Assembly (NCBI GenBank): GCA_030867685.1
Contig: JAQOWU010000003.1
Location: forward strand, 434,001 to 498,000
DNA: 64,000 bases
Direction: 5' to 3'
Source: Wickerhamiella versatilis
Taxonomy: Eukaryota
Shown here: in pieces, positions 1 through 9,390 of the stretch
Position numbering within the stretch: the first letter of the stretch is position 1
How the letters are laid out: every line of letters starts with the position of its first letter
The notes under the pieces: model-generated
Seen by the model: the letters and a program-made list of their open reading frames with translations, nothing else
Databases searched by the model: none
Told to the model about the DNA's origin: nothing
Position numbers and translations under genes: made by a program

Positions 1-155
1 TGAACTTGAGATGCCAGTGGTGTCTGTGTAAGCAATGATAGGATTTATAGGCTGTAATAAAATTGTATTTAATGCGAGTGCGCGGGTGCTACAGAAGAAA
101 TTGAAAATCAGGATGATGCTTCAAATTATAAATACATAGCTCGAAGCCCTTGATC

Positions 156-764
156 CTAAGCTTGTATCTTATGGTGATTGGCCTCTTGGACAAATGGTAA
201 AGAGTGTTCCCAGCTGTGTGATGCCTGTTCCCTCGCCTCCTGGATCTCTTGAGACTTAGTTTCGGAGGGTTTGATAGATAGCAGAACGCTCATAAGCAGC
301 AAAGCTACTGTAATTCCTTGAGCATAAACTCGGGCTTGTACTATCTTTTGGGCTTTACTCATGTACTTATCTCGATTTACCAATGCAAAAGAACCAGCCA
401 TAGCTGCAGCCCAACCGCTGACAATCAGGCGATACTTGTGACTGACGAGAAAGTTTTTGAGTTTTGTAAAACTATCAGGTGCATCCTCTACTCTTTGTAT
501 ATTCGACACTTCAATGCCTTTTTGTTCCCTCTCAATTTTGTTTGCCCTAAGCTCAGCTAATGTTATAGCTCCAATAACAAGTGGCGATCCAAACATGATG
601 TTCTGTACCACTCCGCTCTTAAGATGCGGCAAGTAGCCACGCCTTCTCATGAAAGCGTAAACTCCGAGTGATACTAACCCACCATAAGCCGCTCCCTGTA
701 GAGCACCATGGCCCAATGTTCGGGTGTAATCTTCAAGTCCAGTGTGATTTAAATTAGCCTTCAT
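156..764 (-). CDS. RCF2: HIG1-domain respiratory supercomplex factor (Rcf2-like)
   Basis: Four hydrophobic segments; C-terminal HIG1 motif DKYMSKAQKIVQARVYAQGIT typical of Rcf2. Confidence 0.88.
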   Translation of the reverse strand: MKANLNHTGLEDYTRTLGHGALQGAAYGGLVSLGVYAFMRRRGYLPHLKSGVVQNIMFGSPLVIGAITLAELRANKIEREQKGIEVSNIQRVEDAPDSFTKLKNFLVSHKYRLIVSGWAAAMAGSFALVNRDKYMSKAQKIVQARVYAQGITVALLLMSVLLSIKPSETKSQEIQEAREQASHSWEHSLPFVQEANHHKIQA

Positions 765-1328
765 ATTGTCTAGATTGTAATTTTTTTCGAGTTATAAGTT
801 TTAGCCATATACGTTACATAAATAATTCTCCGAGTCTCAACTCCGAACTCCGAAATAGACCGTATTAGGATTTGGTGGCAATTTTCTGACCAAAACAACT
901 CAAGTTCATCATTTACAATATATTTCATCATTATAACTATATTTTACCGAATATATAAGTTCTAGAATGCTGTCGGTTATTTGTTGTTCAATACAGACAA
1001 AGAGATCTGCTGGTTCGGCTTTCGGAGTAATGACATAGTCCACCCGGCTTTACCAGAACCGACAATCCTATTTGGAAAGTCAGTCAAATTGATAAAACGA
1101 TACGCCGGAAATAAAAAACATGAAAAAAAAGGCCCCGTACATTTCTTTTAGCTGCAATTTTCTTACCATGGTCGTGTTCATTTTGACTTATGCACTGCAG
1201 CGCGTGCACTTCTTACGGATAGAGAAGATCCTTTGAGAGATAATGTACGGGTAAGGGGGGACACAGCAGTCTTTCCACTTTAAAGTTCATGTCTCATAAT
1301 AGCCTACCAAAAAATAACTTACTTCTAG

Positions 1329-3035
1329 CTATCTAGGAGATATACCGTCAGCATCTTCAACATGTTCAACATAGTTTTTCTCATTAAATTTCTCCTCGTC
1401 TGTAACCGTAACGCTATCGCCAGTGTTGTTGGCAATCCTCTTAATATCGGGTACAACTGGTTTCCATTTGCTGCTGCGCCATGCAGGAACGCCTTCGTCC
1501 CACATTTGTCCGATTTCTTCGAGGGTGAAGCCTTTGGTTTCAGGGAACATAAAAAAAATCTGGATTGCCATCACGACACAAAATGTACCAAAGATGAAGT
1601 ATGTCTTGTAAGTAATGTGTTCAAAAGCACTAGGAGTAAACATCCCAATGGCAAAATTGAAGATCCAGTTAGTAGCGGTCGATAGTCCGACTGCAGTCGC
1701 ACGCTGCTCCAACGGGAAGATTTCTGAGGTGTAGATCCAAGCTGCTGGTGCCCATGTTGGTGCATATGCACAAACACAAAGATATGACATTGCGATCGCA
1801 GCTTTAGAGGCAGCCTTTTGATCTTTGGGAATTTTAATCTTTACGGTAGATCCAAATTCATTAGGGTCTGCTGGAACAGAGACAGCAGCGAGGATAGCAC
1901 CCTCACACCACATAAAAACGCCAATGAGGATCGATCCCCAGAACATCAATCTTCTTCTACCCCATCGATCGACAAAAAATAGTGTTGGAAGCGTCATCAC
2001 TACAAAGAGGATATACTGTATACTACTCGAGACCAGAGTGACAGTTCTTTGGCCTTCAGGAGTAGAGGTATCACCTCCGAATCCACTTCCCGCCATTTGA
2101 AATATGTACACCACGTAATACATGATGATGTTCATACCTGTCAGCTGCTGCCACATCTGAGTGCACATTCCAACTATGGTGCGCCTGAGATTCGTCTTAC
2201 CTCGGAAAAGATCCAAAAAGCCAAACTTGGATGTTTGCTGAGCGATCACAACCTCTTTTATTTCTTCGAACTCCACCATAACGACCTCTGTATCCTCGTT
2301 TCCGCCGCTTTGGATCTGAGCAATTACTCGACGGCAATCATCCCATCGACCTTTCTGAGCAAGCCAACGAGGTGACTCTTCTAGGAAAAGCATTCCAATA
2401 AAGAGAATAGCACCTGGAATCATTTGGATACCCCAGGCCGTTCTGAATGACATCTGTGACTTTCGATGGCCAATGTAGCCACATCCAAAAGAGATGAAAA
2501 ACATAATCAGAATACCCCATTCGACAGCCCACTGGAATAAGCCGACAAGTCGACCACGAATATGCTTTGGTGCCATTTCGGAGACATATACGGGTACTTG
2601 GGATGACGCAAACCCGACTGACCATCCAGCGATCACGCGACCAAATATGAGCTGAACTATATTCTGTGAGGAGCATTGAATTGCGGCCCCAATAACCCAA
2701 ATTAGCGCAGAAAGCTGGATACATGTACGTCTTCCTAGCAAATCCGATGTGGAACCAGACACGAGTGAACCCAAGAAGGATCCCCCCGCCATGGATGCAG
2801 TGATTCCTGCTTGCCTTAAGGACGGCATGGTGTAGCTTCCTGTGCTGGGATCAATAACACCAAACCATTCTGTAAATGGCTCATCGCCTACGAAGCCACT
2901 CATGGAAGATATGTCAAATCCGAATAAAGATCCTCCCATTACAGCAATGATGGTTGTCAAATAAACATTGTGAATTTTTTTTGGTAGTGAAATATCGAGA
3001 CCATTCGATAAGTCAAACAGATTACGGCCAGCCAT
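1329..3035 (-). CDS. HGT1: High-affinity glucose transporter, sugar porter family (Hgt1-like)
   Basis: GSLFGFDISSMS, SDLLGRR, VYVSEMAPKHIRGRL, EESPRWL, QMWQQLTGMNIIMYY, FPETKG. Start placed at MAGRNLF (3035), not the ORF-track 3257. Confidence 0.9.
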   Translation of the reverse strand: MAGRNLFDLSNGLDISLPKKIHNVYLTTIIAVMGGSLFGFDISSMSGFVGDEPFTEWFGVIDPSTGSYTMPSLRQAGITASMAGGSFLGSLVSGSTSDLLGRRTCIQLSALIWVIGAAIQCSSQNIVQLIFGRVIAGWSVGFASSQVPVYVSEMAPKHIRGRLVGLFQWAVEWGILIMFFISFGCGYIGHRKSQMSFRTAWGIQMIPGAILFIGMLFLEESPRWLAQKGRWDDCRRVIAQIQSGGNEDTEVVMVEFEEIKEVVIAQQTSKFGFLDLFRGKTNLRRTIVGMCTQMWQQLTGMNIIMYYVVYIFQMAGSGFGGDTSTPEGQRTVTLVSSSIQYILFVVMTLPTLFFVDRWGRRRLMFWGSILIGVFMWCEGAILAAVSVPADPNEFGSTVKIKIPKDQKAASKAAIAMSYLCVCAYAPTWAPAAWIYTSEIFPLEQRATAVGLSTATNWIFNFAIGMFTPSAFEHITYKTYFIFGTFCVVMAIQIFFMFPETKGFTLEEIGQMWDEGVPAWRSSKWKPVVPDIKRIANNTGDSVTVTDEEKFNEKNYVEHVEDADGISPR

Positions 3036-3603
3036 ATCAATTTCTGTCTGAAAGGCATGCGTTATATGATAACTAGGTGCCTGCTTACTCCTGGTCAGGA
3101 GATGCATATGCAAGGTTGCCCCGCACTCCCTAGAGGATTTGAACCACGCGTCATCAATGTTTAGGGCAAGGGCACGTAGGATCCGGTCAGGACTTTCTGC
3201 TTTTATCGGAAAAACTGAGATTTTAAAGGGCCTAGTAGCAGCTATTCTATTCACCATACCACTTCAAAGTATGCAAGTGTCGGTACATGGCTGCTCGAGA
3301 CAGAGTAGCCATAATTACAAATACCCCCCGCATTAGACGTTTTAAAGCGGCAAATACGGAATCGACACATTCACATGCTTTCACTCCATTTTTTTTGACA
3401 TATTCGCATGGAAAATTTGTATTCACAGTAAATTTCAATAAGAAGACTGGTGAAGACTTCTCCTTTCACAAAAAGAGGTACCATGATCTATGGTTAGGGT
3501 AGACCCTGAGTATGCCTTGCAAATAGTGCCGTGTATACCAATTGCTGACGTCACTTATATATATATTGGTGCCGTGTTGCGGCGAAAATTACTTGGTAAA
3601 AAT

Positions 3604-5229
3604 ATGCTTAGGGGGAAAAAGCTTGTGTTAGTGATCAATGCCGTGTGCTGCACGGCAATATTTTTCTTCGGTTATGACCAAGGTATGATGAGTGGTGTCA
3701 ACAATACTCCAGACTATGTGGAATTAATGAATATTGGCACAAAAGTACCTCCGGACCACCAGAATTCGCATTATACCGTTCATGTGACAAACCAGGCACG
3801 TCTTGGTGGTATCGTCGCGGTTTATTATCTTGGAACACTATTTGGAGGAATCCTAGCGGCTTGGCTGAGTGAAAAATACGGCCGAATAAACGGAGTACGA
3901 ATGGCATGTGCATGGGTTTTAGTGGGGGCTGCGCTTCAAGCATCAGCCCAGAATATGAATTGGATGATATGCTCGAGAACGATCACTGGTCTAGGCACAG
4001 GAAGTCTTAATGCCGCCATTCCTGTATATAGTGCTGAAACTGCAGATTACGACGTTCGAGGCACTAGTATTGCCGTGGAGTTCTTTCTAAACATCGCTGG
4101 CGTTGTTGTTGCCTACTGGATTGAATATGGTCTTTCATACGTGGACCAAGGCGATTCTTCTGTACGTTGGCGTTTTCCAATAGCATTTCAGCTAGTGCCA
4201 TTGCTGATACTTGCATTTACAATTAATTTCATGCCTGAGAGTCCCCGATGGCTTGTCAGTAAAGGGAAGGATGATGAAGCCAGGAAGGTTTTGCGAAGGC
4301 TTCGTGCAGACGAAGAAAAAGCTGAAGCTGAATATCAGGATATCAAAGAGAATGTACAGGAAGACCGAGAAATAGACGACTCCTTCTGGAAAATGCCGAT
4401 TTTTTCTCAAGGTAAATTGAATATTAATCGTAGGGTCCAAATTGTATTCTGGTTTCAGATATTCCAAGAGTGGGCAGGGATAGCCGCAATCACAGTATAT
4501 CAACCTACAATTTTTGCCCAGGCAGGATTTGATGCCAATAAGTCCGATTGGCTGAGTGGCCTAAATAATGTCTGCTACATGCTTTCAACACTAGTGGCTG
4601 TTTTCACGGTAGACCGTATCGGGCGACGGAACCTGAGCATGATTGGAAGCTTTGCGCAAGCGGTGGCAATGTTTCTTATCGGCGCATTCAGTTATAAGGC
4701 TAAAACCACGGGAAATGATAGCTATGGTGCTGCCAGTGCAGCATTCGTTTTCATATATACAGCAGCTTTCGGTTCGTCCTGGCTCAGTACGCCGTGGATA
4801 TATCAGAACGAGATCTTCCCTGTTCAAATACGAGTCAAAGGTGCCGCATGGGGCGTTGCTGGCTGGTCCATTGGCAATGGATGGCTGATGCTTTTAAGTC
4901 CTGTTATGTTCAATGCGATTGCAGAAAAAACTATGTACATTTTCGGCGCAGTGAATATTTTATGTATTCCGTTGGTATACTTTTTTGTACCAGAGACTGC
5001 TCAACGTACACTGGAGGAGATCGAGTGGCTATTCTCACCGAAGAGCATATTTGCTAAGGATGCAGAAAAGGCATATATGGCGAAATCTATGGCTAAAGGT
5101 AGTCATGCCAAAGCAGTAGACATTGCGACACATGATCCAGAAACTGGAAAGCTTAAATACGAAGGAAATGCAGAGCATATTGAAAACGTAGGATCTTCAG
5201 ACTCAGCTACAAAACTGAGTTTTGAGTGA
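3604..5229 (+). CDS. Sugar porter MFS transporter, Stl1-like (polyol/glycerol or sugar:H+ symporter)
   Basis: FFGYDQG, WRFPIAFQ, PESPRWL, VDRIGRR, PETAQRTLEEI; first in-frame ATG at 3604. Confidence 0.85.
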   Translation: MLRGKKLVLVINAVCCTAIFFFGYDQGMMSGVNNTPDYVELMNIGTKVPPDHQNSHYTVHVTNQARLGGIVAVYYLGTLFGGILAAWLSEKYGRINGVRMACAWVLVGAALQASAQNMNWMICSRTITGLGTGSLNAAIPVYSAETADYDVRGTSIAVEFFLNIAGVVVAYWIEYGLSYVDQGDSSVRWRFPIAFQLVPLLILAFTINFMPESPRWLVSKGKDDEARKVLRRLRADEEKAEAEYQDIKENVQEDREIDDSFWKMPIFSQGKLNINRRVQIVFWFQIFQEWAGIAAITVYQPTIFAQAGFDANKSDWLSGLNNVCYMLSTLVAVFTVDRIGRRNLSMIGSFAQAVAMFLIGAFSYKAKTTGNDSYGAASAAFVFIYTAAFGSSWLSTPWIYQNEIFPVQIRVKGAAWGVAGWSIGNGWLMLLSPVMFNAIAEKTMYIFGAVNILCIPLVYFFVPETAQRTLEEIEWLFSPKSIFAKDAEKAYMAKSMAKGSHAKAVDIATHDPETGKLKYEGNAEHIENVGSSDSATKLSFE

Positions 5230-5437
5230 ATTGCTATCGTGCATCTGGATGATTCGACTGAAAACAACCCGAAACCTGTCAAATGCTTAAACTTAGCATC
5301 GCCAAAAATAGAATCTATCTCTATTTCCTTATCTCGTTTAAGAAATATGACAATAATATGCTTTTACAATCACATATAGTTCGAAGGAGGCTGAATGATA
5401 TAGTTACCTAATCTATATACACTTGCTGTAGTGGAAT

Positions 5438-6589
5438 ATGAGCACTGCTAGTAGTTCGAATCTTCATGATTCAGGTAGTGAAAACGCCAGGTCTACAGGC
5501 GAGCAAATTGAAGGAGCTGCAGCGGCTACTGGTGGAGATCAAGGCGGTCATGAAAGTGGTGGACCACCCAAGAAGGTGTCTGATTTACCACCTCCCCCTC
5601 CTCCTCCGTCTGCAAGTAACCGAGACAATGTTGGGTTTAATGAAGAAGCATTGCATGATATTCGGGATCCTAAATCTTTGGTGGGATATATAGTACCATT
5701 ACCAAAGCCACCAAACGCTGGTGACCTCCCAGTGAGGTTTCTTATATACACGCCACCGCCTCCCCCATTAAAGAAGCCTGAGGATGGTGAGAAGGAAGGA
5801 AAGAGGCACAAAATAGGTAGGAAGTGGCAAGAAGAAGTACGCGAAGCTAAGTCGTCTGATGCTAAGCTAACATCATGGGAAGGAGTGAAATCATCTGCAA
5901 TGAAGGGAATATCTAATGTGATGTCAAAAACAAGCTCTTCCAATGTTGACTTTCTGGGAAGACTCAACATAGGAGAAAAGGGCGAGTCTTCCACCCAGCC
6001 TGATAAACTGATTTTATTCTACCCTGCAAGTTTTCCCAGTAGCCCGGACGAAATGAGATCCGAATTTATTAATACCATGATGCGCGCTAAAAATAAAGCA
6101 CAGAGAGATGCTGTCATTGCCACGGGTCTTCTACCTGTTGCCGAAGCTGTGGATATCCTTGCAACTGTTGTATGGCCTTTTGGCGGATTAATTGAGATCG
6201 ACGGTATATGGGCATACTCAAGCATTCGTGGAGCAAAGGCTGCACATGACATTAACAAGCGTCTCGACAATGCGGGTTCTGATAGTCAACTCACACTAAA
6301 ATTCGTTCCTCTCGAACATATTGACTTACTTTCGCGTTATCTCGAATGCGTGTGTCACGATGTAGACAAAAAGAGATTTCCGACTTTTAAGATCCCCCCG
6401 AGACACTTGGAACTACTGAAAGCCATAGGATGGGCTTCTAGTGATGACAATGCTTCTGAACAAGATACTAGATACGAAACTTCAGAGGTTATCGAAGATA
6501 TGCGGAGCGTTTTCAAAAAATCTGCGAAAGAATGGGTGAAATGGCTTCATAAGTATGATGAGAATCCTGAGAAGGCTTTAAAGAAATAG
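5438..6589 (+). CDS. Hypothetical protein, Pro-rich N-terminus, one weakly hydrophobic segment
   Basis: 383-codon ATG-initiated ORF with protein-like composition; no family confidently recognised. Confidence 0.75.
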   Translation: MSTASSSNLHDSGSENARSTGEQIEGAAAATGGDQGGHESGGPPKKVSDLPPPPPPPSASNRDNVGFNEEALHDIRDPKSLVGYIVPLPKPPNAGDLPVRFLIYTPPPPPLKKPEDGEKEGKRHKIGRKWQEEVREAKSSDAKLTSWEGVKSSAMKGISNVMSKTSSSNVDFLGRLNIGEKGESSTQPDKLILFYPASFPSSPDEMRSEFINTMMRAKNKAQRDAVIATGLLPVAEAVDILATVVWPFGGLIEIDGIWAYSSIRGAKAAHDINKRLDNAGSDSQLTLKFVPLEHIDLLSRYLECVCHDVDKKRFPTFKIPPRHLELLKAIGWASSDDNASEQDTRYETSEVIEDMRSVFKKSAKEWVKWLHKYDENPEKALKK

Positions 6590-6888
6590 AATTATATATA
6601 TATGATGATTGCAATAATAACTTAAGTAAAGAAAAGTCATGAAAAAGTAAGATAGTGTCCACGATAACATGCATGAAGTTCCTGTCGATAGGAATCTCTG
6701 GCTAAACATATGGACTGTTTTGCGCAGACTTGGAGAACACGCATCTCATACACGGGCAGTCTTGCTATCAGTACGAACTAATGAGGAAACTTGATACAGG
6801 GTTTCAAGGCATATGAGGTATTGCTATACCATTTTAGGATTTAATTCCTTAACTAAAACTTTGGAGAAAGATTTAGAAAATAGGAGTA

Positions 6889-7836
6889 TCAAGAAATTGA
6901 GTCCTTGGGCACTCGTTGTTTAGACCATTCTAATATATTACCTCTGATATGGCCAACAGATCCATATGGGAAAGCAATGTTCTTACTATTATGTCCGATA
7001 GGCATACCGGAAATGACAGGAATTCCAGTGGGTCTCAGCCATTCCTCGATGATATCCTTTACAGTCATTCCATCATCCTTGTCAGTGGTGCACTGAAAAA
7101 ACTCACCGAGCACCACTGCAGTAATTTTTTTGAAGTCGAGATTCCCTAATAGTTGGATAAAACATCTTTCGAGGGCGTAGAAAGGCTCATCAACATCCTC
7201 AAGCAGTAAAAAGCTGGGATCGTTTATTTTAATTTCTGCTGCAGTGCCACATAAACTAGCCAGTACCGTGAGATTACCCCCAACTAGCAGAGATTCAAAA
7301 TCTGTGGAGAATTCTGGTTTTGAGGAGAGTGCTATATGGCCTATATTGTCCTTCAATGCAGCTGATATTGAGGATAACGATTTCCATCTCTCTGATTCAG
7401 TGACTAATGGGTCATCGAGATCAAGCTTGTTTACTTCTACAGCGACAGGTCCATGGATAGATGGTAAACCATGGCGTTGAAAATTTACGTGCAAGGTAGT
7501 GATGTCTGAATAACCAATTATTGGACGGTTTCCTGCCTTTTTAAGTCGATTCCAGTCTATGTGCTCTATCAACTGCGCTGCTCCTGTACCACCACGCAGA
7601 CACCATACTGCATCGATATCAGGACGCTCGTAAGCCTTGTATAAATCATCAATTCGCTGTGCAATAGTACCAGCACAAAAGAAGTGATGTGCGTAGACAT
7701 TGTCGCCTGGGAATGTCTCGATTCCTAACATATTCAAGCGACGGATGCATTCGTCAATGGCACCGTCTTCGGGTGGACTTGCAGGTGCCACTAACGCGAC
7801 CCGCTTAGGCCAAGGCCAAAGTGACTGCAGGAACAT
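6889..7836 (-). CDS. ldcA: LD-carboxypeptidase (peptidase family S66), bacterial type
   Basis: VALVAPAS, AGTIAQRIDDL, AVWCLRGG, catalytic Ser in GYSDIT, HGPV, GGNLTVL, Glu in LEDVDE, His in PIGH, AFPYG. Confidence 0.93.
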   Translation of the reverse strand: MFLQSLWPWPKRVALVAPASPPEDGAIDECIRRLNMLGIETFPGDNVYAHHFFCAGTIAQRIDDLYKAYERPDIDAVWCLRGGTGAAQLIEHIDWNRLKKAGNRPIIGYSDITTLHVNFQRHGLPSIHGPVAVEVNKLDLDDPLVTESERWKSLSSISAALKDNIGHIALSSKPEFSTDFESLLVGGNLTVLASLCGTAAEIKINDPSFLLLEDVDEPFYALERCFIQLLGNLDFKKITAVVLGEFFQCTTDKDDGMTVKDIIEEWLRPTGIPVISGMPIGHNSKNIAFPYGSVGHIRGNILEWSKQRVPKDSIS

Positions 7837-8741
7837 TGATATCGATAGTCAGAGCTGACGCATAAAAAACACAAACCGCCACTATTTTGCACTGGATTTA
7901 CACGGAGCCCAAGTGTAAGTAAGTAATTTTCCTGAAATAGCTTATTTGACTTCAGACTTGAATAGCTATGGCTTTCCCATAAACCTATTCAAATAAAGTA
8001 GAGAGATGACAACCAGCAGCTGGGGCTAAATTAAGCTACTATTTCCAGATGGATGCAGAGCTAAGAGCATAGAACATACGCCGTCACGATGCTCTTTCCA
8101 TATGGCATGTCAAATGTGACTTACGAAGATCAGCAAGCTTGTATCCCAAACAACGCGCTCGCAATAAGATAGCCCACTTTTTACCTCACAGTTGTAACCA
8201 AAGACAAATATAGAAGGTTTTTATTAAGTCAAATTGGCCTTTTTTTCTTTTCTTAGTTCTTTAATCAGATGCAAAATCGCCACAAATAGGTCCTATGACA
8301 ATGTATACAGTTCCAAAATTCCTGACTGTCGATCCAGCGCTCTATATACTGTCCATCGGTTCGTATGGACAAATTATATTGCACTCTCAACTTTAGCCCT
8401 TAATGAAACGATGAAATTGGACCACGATGAAATATCATGATATTTGGCTTTAACTTATCTCCTAAACCGCTATTTCGGCAGTGGGCGTAGAGACACAGCG
8501 AGAAATCAACAATCGATGTGAAATCCTATCAGCGTTTTGAGCGTATACAAATAAATAGACTCATTAACATTGACTTAAGGTACAGAAACTCGGCACTATC
8601 TTTAAAAATATGGCTATAAATATAGCACAGGAAGAAAACTGCTGCCTGAAAATATCGGATCAAGGACTCCAGAAGCATGCGTATACGCATAAAACGTGTT
8701 AAGCCGCTAAAACCTAACTCCGATGATCTGAACTTTGATTT

Positions 8742-9068
8742 CTAGCAGAACATGCGAGGAATACCACGTGACAAATGAACAGAAGGCTCTGGTGTACTCG
8801 ATGGCCTTATCCAATTAATTAAAACGTTCAAAGATGACATTTTCTGTCGGAATTTTGGCACAGCTTGTTTCAAGGGCATAGGTTTGCTGACAGGAGAATG
8901 ATGGGGTGCAACAGTGACTTGTACAGTTCCACAGCTAGAAGAAAAATCAGAGAGCGTATTTATGTCCACAAAAGCGTCGTCTTTTACACTGTCACCCATA
9001 CCGAGGATGCAGGTAGATGGATGACTAAACGGAATTCCGCGCCTCGACAGATCTTCGACCACAGGCAT
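8742..9068 (-). CDS. Possible orphan small protein (108 aa)
   Basis: ATG-initiated ORF in otherwise non-coding space; no motif recognised. Confidence 0.2.
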   Translation of the reverse strand: MPVVEDLSRRGIPFSHPSTCILGMGDSVKDDAFVDINTLSDFSSSCGTVQVTVAPHHSPVSKPMPLKQAVPKFRQKMSSLNVLINWIRPSSTPEPSVHLSRGIPRMFC

Positions 9069-9390
9069 CTCGGAATCGGAAAGATCTTAGTTGTCATGAC
9101 TACTGCATAACTGGTATCAATTCCTGGATTCATAGATATTATCTATCTCGATTATTTCAATGTTTTTTTTACTTGATTTTAGTCTTTGCGTTTTTTTCTA
9201 TCAACTGAAATCATACCTCGTATATTAAAAGCGAACATTTACTAACTTCCCTTTCACTTGGCCAGACATTTAATAATCTAGGGTTCCCAAGACTTCCAGG
9301 AAATACCGGTAATTTTGGACGAGAGTGTGAATAAAGATACCTTCCTTCTCATTAGCACAATGTAGAAGTTTATTTCATTGAAGTGCCTGC

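Noticed and set aside
3036-3257. 74-aa N-terminal extension of the Hgt1-like ORF
   Set aside because: It is an open frame through promoter sequence; transporter-like sequence starts near MAGRN. Non-ATG extensions of other ORFs were trimmed likewise
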